DNA of 64,000 nt from Chlorokybus atmophyticus (Eukaryota; Plantae; Mesostigma and Chlorokybus algae): the NCBI GenBank assembly GCA_009103225.1, contig RHPI01003488.1, positions 124,001 through 188,000 on the forward strand, in the 5' to 3' direction. Below are positions 10,940-24,197 of this stretch, in pieces. The position numbers were made by a program, and so were the translations under genes. Position 1 is the stretch's first letter, and each line of letters opens with the position of its first letter. The notes under the pieces were generated by a model, which saw nothing but the letters and a program-made list of their open reading frames with translations, searched no databases and was not told the DNA's origin.

Positions 10940-12767
10940 ATGCCTCGTGGTCCATCCGTAAGTGCACCTCGTCGTGGAGGTCGGCGCCAGTTGTCCACAT
11001 TGCCCCCAGTGTTCAACCAGGCAACCATCGCCAACCAATCGCAGCAAGATCCCGCGTTAACGCCCAGCACATCACAACAACTCCACCTGACACCGCAGTC
11101 GCAAGGGCAAGCTAGACTGCATGCGTTCTTGATGCACTGTGCACGTTGCTTCTTGCTCAACTTCCAACTTGGATGCTTGCTTCTTTCATAACTAGCACAG
11201 TGACTCACAACATGCGTTCTGGATACACTGTGCACGTTGTTCTTCTTTTGCAACTATGAGGGTTGCATCTTTCATGGCTGGCAGCATGACTCATGTGGTT
11301 GTGCTTGCAGAGGGTCGATTGAAACCCCCAACCCAAACGCATTTGGCCGTGACGTGGCAACCTCGGCCGTCAGCAACCCTTCCCCAAGAAAGTTGAAGAT
11401 TGGCAACGAGGTAAGCACTGTGTGACACTGTGACACTGTGTGTATGTGTGTAATGGATTGTTCTTCTGTGGACAGCATTTGCGAGATGCCATCGTTGAAA
11501 TCATAAACGGCCACTGGGTAGAGAGCCACGTTTATCTCAAGGAGGACACTATTCATAACGTCATGTGTCAGGTGCTGTGAATGCTTTATGACCGCACTGC
11601 ACCGTGACACTGACCAACCTGCCCGTGACAGGTAGTTGGCTTCGACCATGACGACGAGGCCGATGCGGCCAAGTTCTATGAGGTGTACTGGACTCCTAAG
11701 GAGTGCCCCTTCCACTGGAGTGTTGCCCTGAAGAAAGCTACGCAGGTCCGGTCTGAGAACGTCACCAAAATCAAGCATGTCCTTGAGAAGGAGTACAAGT
11801 GGACACTGTGTAACAGCAACAAGCGCAAGTGAGTTGGGTCCCTCACCACCATGTCTGCTATGCAACACTGCCTTCTTACTCAGCCTTCATACACACGTAC
11901 TCATCTCGCCTATTGTAACCGATTCAATTAGGCACATCGATGCCCTAATGGATCCCAAGACCCAAAAAGCCTAGATGCGCAACGCGCTCCAAAGTAAGTC
12001 ACAGGCACTAATCTAGCCTGGTGCAGGCTCAACTTGAACTGTCTATCTCGTGCCTAATGCCTTGTCGGTATAACTGTCGCAGACAAGTCATGGCGGAGAT
12101 TTGAGGTGACCGACACTGCAGACCCGGAGCGGAAGAGATACATCCATGAATGGGGCAATCCCATAATCTGGCAAATGATCGTGCAATGCTGGTCTTACGC
12201 CGTCACTACACCTGGTCGCCGGCAGCTGACAGTCAACCACCTCGCATACCTGTTGCTTACGGTGAGCACTCTGAACTCCATCATTAGCAATTCAGGAATG
12301 CTGTAGCCCCAAACTACAGGCTTGCAGACGCGTTGCAGTGAATAGTGGCTTTCGATGCCACTAAGACATGCCTGTAAACTACGCAGGTGGAGCGCATCCT
12401 AAAGGGCAAGGATGGAGATTCTCTCATAGCTGCCAGCATAGACACACATGAAGAGTACCTCAGCGAAATTAACACCATGATCATGTCAATGAAGCGGGAG
12501 ATGAGGCAACGGTACGCAGCCCTCTCGCCATTCACCCTTGTGAAACGCCGCATTGCATCTTGTGTCAAATACCTGAAAGATCCCAATCGGCGCCGGCCGC
12601 AAGAGACAGCAGCTCGTGACCCGCTCGCTGAGGCAGAAGCGGCATTTGATTGGCTAGCACAACCGTTTGAGGAGGAAGAGCAAGCTCCGGCGTCTCCTCC
12701 ACAGGCCCCAGCGCGTGGTGCTTTGTTCCGTAATGACGAGACCAGCGATGATGGAGAGGAGCTGTAG
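10940..12767 (+). pseudogene. Multi-exon helical transposon accessory protein (resembles DUF6532-like second ORF of Plavaka-type elements)
   Basis: About 7 exons with GT-AG boundaries splice into ...WGNPIIWQMIVQCW...LAYLLLT|VERIL...HEEYLSEIN..., ending TAG 12765-12767. One in-frame TAG at 11972-11974. Family assignment is from pattern resemblance only. Confidence 0.5.
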
Positions 12768-13149
12768 CGCAGTTGGTAGTCCGTTTAGCTGGTAGTGTAC
12801 ATAGCTACAAGGCTCTTGTGACCGAGTGTTGTGCACCTTAAACCAGCTCAGTCAATCGTCATTATGCTCATGCATATCAATACTTGCATCCCTATGATAT
12901 ACAACAAAACTGCATTCGAGTCACATAATCGAACTACAAGCCTTGACAAGTGACTGAGAGACACTGTACACATTTCAGGTACATGTACACAGCACAGGCA
13001 CATAACAATGCTGGCAGTCAGTGACAGTCGCGTGTAGTCAAGCTATGCAAATACATATGACGACAGTTAGGCATTAGTCACCTTCAGTTGTTAAAGAATG
13101 CCTTATTTTGTCGATAATTACCTAGTTGGTGCTTGTAAATCGGGCTTAG

Positions 13150-13445
13150 TCGCCTGCGCTGGACTGGTGTGTAACCTGCAGGTGCCTGTCACATAGGCTG
13201 AGTCACCTAAGTAAGACTGATGTGTAACTTACAGGTGCCCGTTGATTAGTTGTAGTCACCTAGTAAGGCCTGATGTGTAACTAACAGTTGCCTGTAAATT
13301 ATACAAAGTCATTTGTTAAGGCCTGGTTTGTAACGAACAGATGCCTGTTAATTATATAAAATAACCTGTTAAGGCTTGAAAGGTAACTAACAGGCGCCTG
13401 TTAATTAGGCATAGTCAACTGTTAAAGACTAAATTGTAACAAAAA
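13150..13445. repeat. Degenerate 53-bp tandem array (6 units), each with a 16-bp palindrome
   Basis: GTAAC anchors at 13171, 13224, 13277, 13330, 13383 and 13436 (exact 53-bp period). Perfect palindrome taacaggcgcctgtta at 13388-13403, with variants in other units. Confidence 0.9.
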
Positions 13446-13708
13446 GGGCCTGATAGTAACGGAAGTTACTATTAGGTCCCTGTATCAAGATTACAAGTGG
13501 CCTAAGCCACGACAGTCTAAATTAGTGTCCTCAGGTGCACGGCCGTTGCCAATATGTAGTCGGCCGGCAGGAAAAACATATTGCGATGTTGTTGAAATGC
13601 CAGTATTTATCCAGTGAACTTGCAACGTGACTCAGTCTGATTGCCACTAACACTGTACACTACACTACACTACGGTCCATATCAGACATACGCACACGCC
13701 GCCTCATA

Positions 13709-14638
13709 CTACTGCCCATGGCGCACACCTGCTCCAGCTGTATGTGGGGTCTTGGGAGTCTTTGGAACCGCCCTTGGACCATTCATCCTGGCGAGTGTAG
13801 GCCCAAAGACGACGCAATTCCCATGCTCGTCAATGCGCGCATGCTGCGAGTTCTGCTGCAACGCAACCGCTCCAGGGATTTGCTGGGTCTGGGATGGCGT
13901 ATACTGCTTATGCCTCTTGTTGTGCTGAGACGCAGCCGGTGGGATGTTCTCCTGGTCTTCATCCGCATCAGACTCAGACTGAGACAGGTCGGCATCGTTC
14001 TGCGAAATCCGCACAAGTCAGCGCGTGTCCATATCCAGCTCGCCGTACCACAAACCATAAGCATACTCGCACATCATGTCACTGGATATATGCTGGACTA
14101 TGTAACATGTACCCAGCCACTCACAACAGCACACACCAGAACAGCACACCAGCACACGCCTGGCGTAGCACTCACAGGCTAGTAACACATCACACACACA
14201 GTGAGTGCCAGCACCTGACATAGAAGTCCAGGCAATGATCCCACTGGTAAACGCAGCGCACCCTGCGTTGCACGCACGTTCAGCAAAGCGCATTACGACA
14301 CCACTGCTACGGCCAAGACGCACACACTCTCAGAGCACAGGCGCCCAGTTCAGCGACCTCACCTCGATTGCTGTGTTCATCACCAAGGTGGTGCCATCCT
14401 GCCACCGCCATGTGTTGCCATACGTCAATGCATGCAGGAAAACACCAGTGGCATTCATCCTCGACTTGGTGAGACCGAGCTCTTCCCTCAGCTGGTCGAC
14501 GTAGTACTTGTCCTCTTCCCTACGGCGCTTTGCATATGTCTTCTGGTTGCTGCACCGCTCCTTTCTGGCCGCCTCCAACACCTTCAGCTTACGAGTTTGC
14601 TCCTCCAAAAGCGCGACGACGCTCGCATCATCCGCCAT
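13709..14638 (-). pseudogene. Unknown protein with N-terminal charged coiled coil, interrupted by TGA
   Basis: ATG at 14638. ORF MADDASVVALLEEQTRKLKVLEAARKER... continues in frame past TGA 14330-14332 (plausibly CGA>TGA) into ORF 14018..14323, followed by a probable acidic last exon (13709..14014). Confidence 0.4.
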
Positions 14639-14861
14639 CGCCGCCGGCAACCCAACCCACCCGCCCTACACACCCCACACCCCACAACCCAGATGCTTTC
14701 CAACTCAGCAATTCGAAATTGCACACCGTTGAACAACGCTAATATCGCGCGTCTGAACAGCACTGAAGAGACGTCACACGACGAAACACCGCCGCGCCCA
14801 CGGTTGCGCAACGCGATACAGCGACGACCACCAACGGCTCGGCAACGACGACGAACGATTT

Positions 14862-16784
14862 CACACACCTGATTGACAACCGTTAACACACGCCGCACGA
14901 CCGTGCACAACATCGACAAAAGGCGATGGCCACGCCGCTCAGGCTCGCCAGTCAGCGATGTTCATGCACAGCTCACGCGCTGCATACGTCGCGAAAGTCA
15001 ATCGCGGCCGTCCGAATACTGCAATCTGCTTAAGCTTTTACCCGCTGGCTTTGTGTCTGAAGAGTATACAGGAAGCCTAACACGGAAGCTTTGTGTCGGA
15101 AGACTAGCCTTGAAGGCTTGTGCGGCGTACTGCTGGCGCACAAGGAGTTACGTCGCACAAGGAAACTCAGATTACATGTGTAAGAGTAACCTACGTAACT
15201 TGTACTTGTAATTACTAAGGTCGACCGCATTTTAAGCTTAATGTCCCAGCTCTACCCACTGGGCCACTGGGGGGTGGGGCCACATCTAGGGCATAACTTA
15301 CACCGGAGCTCTGACTCACTCGGCCCATAACGTTGAAATATGTAGCCAATCACAGCAATGGTGCTTTCATCTTGGATGATTTATCATAATGGCTATGATG
15401 TACGGCTATGATAGCCGCATAAATTGAATGCATTTGTTACATGTTTGTATTACGCTTGAAGCAAAATTGTCACCAACGACTGACGAGCCTTAAGTCAAGG
15501 CCTTTAAGCTATGCTTATAAGTCCTTTTATAATCTTCATATATGAATGCACATTTAGCTTGTACGGTTGTATGCGTTAATATAAATAAATATAATCATCA
15601 ATTAATGCGGCATATGATTGTAAGTCTGAATTTATGCAACATTTCCATATCAACACCCATAAGAGCCTTTATTTTTAAGGAATTATACATATAGATGATG
15701 CAGCTGTATTTGCCCATCTTAGCAAAAACAGGCATATAAATATACTTAAGTGAGTTCAACCATTGTTTCATTTATACCTTCCGTTTATACCTTCCATTCA
15801 TTATTCCATGTATTAATTTATACAATAGTGACTAGTAAGGGTTGTATTGCCGTAAAAGCATTATGTATTATATATACCTCATTTAAATACAAACTTGTTA
15901 CCGAAGCAAATGATGCTGACATAGGATTACATATCGTCTAATATTTTTTGCGATAATATATGCATTGTGCTATTACATATGATCCCACCTACCGAAGTAA
16001 ATTGTAAAGTTCAAAGTACAGATTCAATGCACGTATACATACAATGTCATACAGTCTTATATTTGATTTTCTAAAAAGCAAGTAAATTTGCGGAAAGGGG
16101 GCTGGAGGGGAGATAACTTTAGATTTTTGACAGCGGAATTGTTCTCGCTGCTAAACGAAATGAAGCTACACGACATAATGTGTTGAGTACTCAACATATG
16201 TGCTTAACACTCATTGTCAATTGTGTTACTTGCTTTTTCGGCTGAAGTCCATGTTTGGTGCCCCTTTCATGTAGCAGTAAATCGTTGGTGTTAAGTGGTA
16301 GCGTGTGAAACAGCTAAAGTGAGGGTTAGAAAGACGGCCTGTGTTTGGGGTAAGGAGCTCCGACCTCGTACTGCCAACAACGCGCGCATTTAACCGCTAA
16401 CTGTTGCCGATTTGGCGCCAAAACGCCGACATGCTTGACTCCGCCGTTCAAATGTCATTGCTGCAGATATGCCATTGAGATGTTTTCGAGCATTTGTTGC
16501 AATGATTAGCATCGCTACGCCTGTCTTAGGCAACGGTGTGTAGGACGACCTAACCGTCGCGAACCCGCTTGATCACAATCGTGCGTGGCCAAACTTTTTC
16601 TTATGCCGATGCTCTGAGATTGCAGTGGATGGACGGCTCCGATAAAGTCTCGCGACGGAGATAGACCGTGAACCGAGTGTGAACACCTCTGATCGTCACG
16701 TGTGTTCTCCGCGCGTTCACCGCCTTTTGTCGGCGTTGTTCCCCTCTGACCGTCGTGCGTTAACGGCTGTCAATTAGCTGTGTG
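14862..16784. repeat. Pair of diverged ~170-bp inverted repeats (14862-15027 and 16617-16784)
   Basis: The reverse complement of 16617-16784 aligns nearly gap-free to 14862-15027, with shared blocks attgaca, ccgttaac, cgacaaaaggcg, tgttca, cgtcgcga, gccgtcc, actgcaatct (roughly 70% identity by eye). Confidence 0.8.
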
Positions 16785-19700
16785 GCGTCAACGACCAGTG
16801 TAGAGCAGTGTATGAAGTCGTTTGTGTTAGTCGTATTGTGTATATCCTATATAAAATGTTTTTCATGTGTTGTGATTACATGAGAAGCCACATACCAAAC
16901 ATTGCACATTGTTTCTTTATGTCATACTATTTATGAAGTCTACATACACATATCAAGTGTGTTGTATATATATATATATTATTATTATAAAAATAGTGTA
17001 CATGATTGTTAAATCCATGTACAGATATAGCCTAGACTATATATGTATATGGATTCATGTATACTATCCTTAAAAAAATATTATACCATATAGTACACAA
17101 GAATATCGCAATTAAAAGTGTATGAAATGTATACCGCGCGGTAGTATGATAATGCCGTGCAAGTTGGTGCGAAAATCAAGCCCATTCATAATACGTGCCG
17201 TCGCAACTGCTTAATGACGGCGGTGACCATCGTTTTAACATCAGTAACAACGGGTGACTAAACGATGTGCACGCATAAACGGCGCGGTCAAACCGCTGAT
17301 CGGCAGCGCAAAGCCGACAGAGTTTAAAGCTGCATCGACGCTAATCAATCAGCGTCAACCATGCATCTTTCACCGTCGAACACAGTCGCGACAACAACCA
17401 CCTCAACGCTGCTAATACACATCTCAACACCATATAACTACATTAACCTACGCGGTCCAATAGCGCAACACATGAGGTTTTACGCTTGACACCGCTGATC
17501 GGGCCGGCATAAGCTTTGCCTGCGCGGAAGGCGTCTGGCGTCCTGACTGAATGGTAGCCTAATGACGCAAACTATCGTTGAGTTGAATCTTAACGTTAAG
17601 GTGTTGAAGGTTGATATTATTCTACCAGTCACATCATTGCGTTATTCAGTGGTAACCTTCAAAAGTAATATGGCAAGAACGTTACTACTTCTTATCTTGC
17701 CATATGTGTGTTACATGTCATTTCTCACATAGGCCATATATGCGACAATATGCCGGCATATGTGCACCGTGAATATTGTGCTCATTAATGAGATTTATTT
17801 GCATGTATTATGAGCAGTTGCATGACGTAGGGCTGTCCTTTGGATGGACGAGATATAATTATTACAGATCGAACGTCTGATAATTAATAGACGCGTAGCC
17901 AATGAGCGGCAAGCGGGCCGCGCATACCGCGCATACCGCCCCATCCAATTGGGTGCAGCACGTGATGCCCTTGCCCTGGGTGAGGGGTTCCGCCTCACCC
18001 AATCAGCCGCACCGCTCGTTGTGCGTGCAACATGTATGATGTCGTGCACAACGCTACATGTAGCTTAAGCCCAAGGATGCTGAGTATTTAACACAAATTG
18101 TTATCTAACATAACATAACATACATTATATGATACTTTACTCGACTGTTTTATTAAGTTACAATAAAACAAGCACATCATCATATGAGTGCATTACAAAG
18201 TGTCATACATTGGCCTTATAAATATTAATTTGATATGTAATTTAGTATTTTTGATGTTAAATGCTTTCTGCTGTGAATGTGCCACATGCTGCACGTACAT
18301 TATGTGGCGCATTCACAGCTGAGAGTATATGATATACGCCACGAGAGTAATAACTTGTACGCACAGTGATGCTCACATTGGATGCACAACACACGTTGCC
18401 AAATATATGCGACATGTACTGGCTACATGCCGCTACCTATAAAAAGGACTTTTGCTATTTAGCCCAAACATTGGGGCCTTGATGTTAAGGAACTGATTCA
18501 CACGTCTTAAATATCATTACCCTGTTTTTAGGGCGCGCAGTGAAAGAGGGATTACATTACAAAGTGGGACATGATAAGGTAGTTCATGATTCTGTTTACA
18601 ACATTACAAAGAATGTTTCAGCGAGCTTCGGAGATAACACCAATATTATGTTGTTCATTGCATGAGTACTATGCTACATAAGTGGGGCTTCCCCGCAAAA
18701 AGAGAGCTTAGTGCACAAGCGTTATGTAACGATATGCATGCGTTGCAATGTTTAGCGATGCGGATAAAACAACTTGTTAAGTTCGCTTTGTTACTCAGTG
18801 TTAATTGACACAACAGATGATCAGCGCGTGTCGGTTGCGATCTAGCTGACACGAACCACCATGATACTTGCATCAACGGCCAGCTGCATGCGCTATTTTT
18901 TAGTCCATTTATCGCAGCTACACGCCACTCGTATTACCTATGGCATGCAAAACTACAACATATATAAGGGTCATATTGTGCCTATATAAAGGTAATTAGT
19001 GCATTGCAATACAATTATGCGCATTAAATCTCATTTAGTAGACGATATAAATGGAAATTACGTAATGTATGACACCAATGTTCATGAATAGAAGCAAACA
19101 TTGTTAAATACTACAAGCTACATTATGTAGATGCGCCCGCATTGGCGGACACGGTATTTTATAATAAGTCAAACACAAGTTGACTGTGATTGGCATAATT
19201 CACCCTTTTTAACTCATTCAGATACATTTAAATCAGATGTAAATACACATACTAAACAGTTGCTTACCTTAGCGTGGCTTATTACCTTTTCCACTACTCA
19301 TCCATCCTGCACTCATGTAGCACAACCTTCCCATGGATTTCTCCCAGCAATTGTAAAATGTACAAGAATTTTACCATTGCAACACAACCACACATTACCT
19401 ACACAACTATGTTGCCAACATGGTTGAACTGTTCGACAACTATTGCCACAACGTGACAATTGTAGTGGTATGCTTGGATGAGTATACTTCTATTGTACAT
19501 ACACTCAAGCATGCTACACTTTTTGCACGTGCACACATTCAGACGCACTGCTCAACAACCACTTCCATAATGTAACAAACAATTGACAGACAGTGATAAT
19601 AGAGGTGGGGTTGTAGTGTTATACTTGGGTGGTATGTTTGGTTGAGTGTACTTCAGGAGTACATGCACTCTGGCATGCTGCACTGCTTGCACATGCATAC

Positions 19701-19930
19701 ACTCAGATGTCACACTTGACTTGCATGACTCCCACATATGCCGAAGTGCTGACTGAACAACATACCTGCTCACAGTTTAACCATGTGCAACGGATGCCAA
19801 TTTCACATCTCACATTCTATTAATAAGCCAGAATCCACAAACAATCAACTAACCCTACACACCTGCAGGTGGACTATGTACACTCTTAGAGAGCGTGTAG
19901 TTACGAAATACAAGCTGTTGACGTGACGAG

Positions 19931-22284
19931 CTATAGATCATACACGCCATTGTGCGCCTTCTGCCAGCTCCACGCCATCTTCAAGGACTCTTCAAGATTG
20001 GTATACTGCGCCTTCCAGCCAACCTCCCGGAAGATCTTGCTGGGATCACTATAGACCTCAGCGTAGTCACCTGGTCTGCGCTCCTTCACCTCCCGAACCT
20101 TGATGGCGGCTTGCGTGGCTTTCAGGCAGGCATCAACAAACTGCTTCACTGAGTAACCTGCATAGACACTGCAGTATCAGCATCCGAGACCAGCACACAC
20201 TCAGAGAACTTGACATAATGCAGCAGCAAGAGTACCTTGGCCAACGCCAACATTGTAGATCTTCACGACATTGGACTTCATGATGGGCATGACATCGACA
20301 TGTGCATTGACAAGATCTGTCACGTGGATGTAGTCACGAACGCACGTGCCATCAGTAGTGGGATAATCAGTGCCGAGCACATCCAGCTGCTCACGCTCTC
20401 CGCGAGCAGCATCAAAACAAGCACCACTGATTCGCCCGTGCTGCCGGAGCTCTTTGCGTGGTGACTCTCCCAATCTACCCTCTGGATCGCTGCCAATGAC
20501 ATTGAAGTACCTGCAAACGACCACCACATGCATGTTGAAATCTGTGTGCAAGGTATGGCGAAAGTACAACCGAAGCTAGATATGCCAACACAACTCACCT
20601 CAGGATCACTGCTTGAAAGCCCTCAATTGTTCGTGAGTAATCATGGATGATGTCCTCTGCCATCTTCTTTGCCTTGCCATATGGGTTGATAGGATTCTGA
20701 GAAACCACACGGGTCAGATGTAATACTCCTACTAAACTGCCTAGTCATGCGATGGGACGACAACCAGCAACCCACCATGACCGATCGGTTGGGCAATTGT
20801 TCAGCTCCATGGCACTGAGCAGTTGATATGACTATACCTGTGGGGTGTCCTCCGTGATGGGCATCTTCTCTGGCTCGCCATAGGTGGCGCAAGTGCTCGA
20901 GTAGATAATGCGCGAGACACCCGCAGCAGACATGTGTTCCAGAAGCTGCATGGTGTTGGAGGTGATGTTGTGGTAGTACCTTAGTGGCTCAGCCATTGAC
21001 TCGCCAACATAGGCCACAGCAGCGAAGTGCAAGACCAGGTCGAACGTGTTCTGTGTGAAGAGCTTGTGCATCTGCACATGAAACACGGTTGAGGTCTGGG
21101 GACAATCATACTCATGCTCATACATGAGGCCCTACATACACACGTACCATGCAGGAAGATGACATGTTGACATGTTACCACTGTACAAACAACAGCACTC
21201 TGTGTGCGTGAGATGTTAAGTGTGATCAGTTGCTGATTCGGCTTGTGCCGCGTGCCAACTTACCGCAACAGGGTCACCAAGATCTGCCAGCACAAAATTA
21301 AGCTGATCCTTCTTGGCGTATTTTTCAAGCGCCTTCACTGCTCCCAAGTTGCCCCTCGACAAGTTATCCTAGATTTGTCACGCAGTGAGCTGCTGAGTGC
21401 CCTGAGCAAGAACAACACGACTACAAGCGGACAAGTGCCAGCTGGCAAGAGCCTTGCATGACTGTACTGCACGCGACAATTGTTGCGACATACCACAATG
21501 GTGACGAAGTGGCCATCATTCAACAGCCGCAGCGATGCATGGGATCCGATGTACCCTGCTCCTCCCTGAAAGCAGCAAAAGCAATGTCAGCGAACTGTCA
21601 CATTACATGTTGACGCCAGTGTCAACTATACATGTGCAACTGTAACATACCGTGACAAGAACGCGGTACACTTTGCCAGCCTCAAGGGGACCAGCCTGCA
21701 ACAAGCAGCACTGTCAGCTGTGCCATATGCGAAGCTTCAACTTCACCAGGGCATTGCACGCATGTTGCGGCCCTACTTGCACCAGCACAATGCAGGCTAG
21801 CAGAGAATTGTGGCAAATGGCGACATGCAGCGCATGCACAAAAATGTTGATGGGCCATCGCAACCCTAAGCAACAAGCAGGGCAGACCTTCAGGCAAAGG
21901 CAAAACGTCAGCACAATGCTATGCTTATTGCACTCACACAGCCAACCATCGCTGAAATCACTGCTCAAGGACAATGCTACCAGCACGCGGAAGCAACCAT
22001 GTCAGTGTCTCAAGGCATGAACGGGGACCACAACCGCTGCTCACCGCCTGTGCCTGACTGACGTGACTGTGTTTATGCAAATGAATTTGTGTAATGAACG
22101 AATAATGAAGTATAGACAGCTTTACCTGAGTTAGTTTGCGAGGAGCAGCAGAGAACACATTGACGGCTGACGGCTTAGTGGACTTGGTGCTGGTGAAATA
22201 TATAAGCGCGGTGACGGCAAGCGAAGCAAGAGCTGCACGTGTGATGAACTGCTTGAGCCGCCAGGGAGACGAAGGCCTCACCAT
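19931..22284 (-). CDS. MUR4: UDP-arabinose 4-epimerase (multi-exon, N-terminal membrane anchor)
   Basis: [83 protein letters not shown]. Confidence 0.92.
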
Positions 22285-24197
22285 CTGCGTTCAATAGACA
22301 AGGTTGCGTCAACAAACGATGTCCAAATGCCAGCGTGATTCCAGAAAGAAACGCGAACGTCTCAACACCCATTGCTCACAGTGTTCGCATCCAAGCTTCA
22401 CCCCTAGGTGCCAGTCGGACAAAACCCACAGGATAAACAGCACTGCTCAGTGCTTCCACGACTCCGGGACGACTTACCGGAACGCTATCGCCACGCCGGA
22501 AACTCACAACTTCGAGGCCAGATGCAGGCAGCGCACAAGCCAAGTGGAACCTCCCCACCAGGCCAGCGACGCCAATACCACCGTCGGCTCCACCCACAAC
22601 GCTACCGCCCAGCTTTGCAAATTGTGAGCCTTGTAGCAATGTATACACAAAGCACGGCGTGAGCATTCAGCATAACGTTATGCGTGGTATTAATTGTTGG
22701 CTAGAACGTCAATTTGCACCCGTATAGCAGGCACGTAAGGTAACGTTTTGCACGCGCGCGCATGTGATGCGCGCCTGTGAACCCGAAAGCCAGATCAGCG
22801 CAGTTAAAGTAGCTCCGCTCGCTTGGTTAGGTAGACAAGAAACCATCAACCACGCTGATTGGAGAGGGGAATCTGCACCGCAAGTAAGGCCCAGTCTTTG
22901 GATTTCATAGTTTAAATGGCCATAAAAAGTGTTCGTAAGAAGTTGCAGCCCCACATGTGCAACTGACCGAGCCCGCGCATCACGCTTGGTGCCCTGGGTG
23001 ATGTGACGGCCACCCCAGTGCGTGACTGCTATGTCATTTGACACGCCTTTGCTCAGCAAGGTGTGCATGAGAGGACCAATTGCTCACGCAGCATGAGTCA
23101 TGCTTTTTCTGTGTGGCGTGGAGGAGCATACCGGTAGGGGACGACATGCTGTCTCCGTTATGCATGACTCCAAGTTGATGCATCCAAATCGAGTCGAACG
23201 ATTCAATCACTGCGTGGTGGGCTTTCCTTTTCGGGCCATATGACAGATCAGGAGATGTCCGTAGCAGGGACAGCCTTTAAGCCCGGTTGATCGTCACGTG
23301 CGAACCTGGGAACCATCAGATGATGTGACAAGCAGCCTGTTCCAGGGCACGTCAGCTGTTAACATCAGGTGACAGGAGGGTTCTCTTAGGGAGCGGCCAC
23401 GGCGCTACGCGGCAAAAGAGACAATGACAGTTGTTCGGGCTATGGATGTACTATCTTTCGTTGTGTCATGTTCGTGTTAGCTTGCACTGCAATCAACCTT
23501 ATTGTGAGTGTATTTACAGGTTAAGGTTCTGTACTATTGAACGCCCAGCTCCAGGCCACAATTAAATAATGTTTCCTTCTCAGTGCGACATAAGTTCTTT
23601 AAACAAGGTTTTGCGTTTTGTTAATGTATATTTCAAATGGAATGACGTCATTCTATATAACATTGATTTTTTGCTCTTATGGTTTTATGATATAATAGTG
23701 AGTGCCATACAATGCAATGTGACGTGTATTGTGGCATGCAATCGATTTTGCATAATGTGATATTCAACATGAGACTTTTAATTTGAGATTCATATCGATA
23801 GATGTCGAGTATCTTAAGCTGTTGAATAATTAAGGTTGCAACATTGCGGTGCTTGTTTGTTTAATTGGTCAATCATATGATGATGCTATTGCTATAATAC
23901 AGGTATTGCAACGCCGGTTGGTGTTTAATGGGCTGAAGTCGCTTCAAAGCAATAACACAATCTCTTATGGTAGCGCCTCTTGCTGTGATGGCCTAGTTGG
24001 CTAAGCCCCACGTTACATTCAATTATACACGACCAGTTCAACTATACACCACTGGATGGTGGGTTCATTATGAAGACACGCACATGTGATTTCCTTTCTG
24101 CATCAGCAGCACCAACGCTAATAACAAAGCGTGTGTCTCTCTCTCTCTCTCTCTCTCCCCCCCCGAACAACAGCATGGTATGTGCTACCAACGACTG

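Larger units (their letters stand above)
1..15030 (+). mobile_element. Degenerate Plavaka-type (CACTA-related) DNA transposon with at least 5 genes; 5' end outside window, 3' end not defined
   Basis: Plavaka-like transposase followed by a block of non-housekeeping genes, most with stops or frameshifts, plus internal palindromic arrays. Host genes resume only at ~19.9 kb. No TIR/TSD could be tested, so the right boundary and the inclusion of all genes in one element are inferred. Confidence 0.7.

Noticed and set aside
325-12000. RIP-like CpA>TpA mutation signature in the transposon (TAA/TAG stops)
   Set aside because: Stops created by transitions necessarily come from CAA/CAG/CGA/TGG, so the context is forced. 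Only one unbiased example (TGC>TAC) was seen, and paralog alignments are needed.
13150-13445. CRISPR-like array
   Set aside because: The sequences between the palindromes are homologous to each other (whole-unit tandem repeat), there are no unique spacers or cas genes, and the context is eukaryotic.
15165-15320. Possible inverted homology to 1585-1720 (shared short words gagctccgg, taagtta, acatgtaat)
   Set aside because: Spacings between the shared words disagree, so chance is likely.
17880-18060. GC-rich patch with two CCAAT boxes and small palindromes as a promoter or ncRNA
   Set aside because: No adjacent gene or recognisable RNA motif supports it.
23982-24009. tRNA-Ser-like 5' fragment gctgtgatggcctagttggctaag
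   Set aside because: Only an A-box-like stretch, with no B box or cloverleaf. At most a SINE/tRNA relic.
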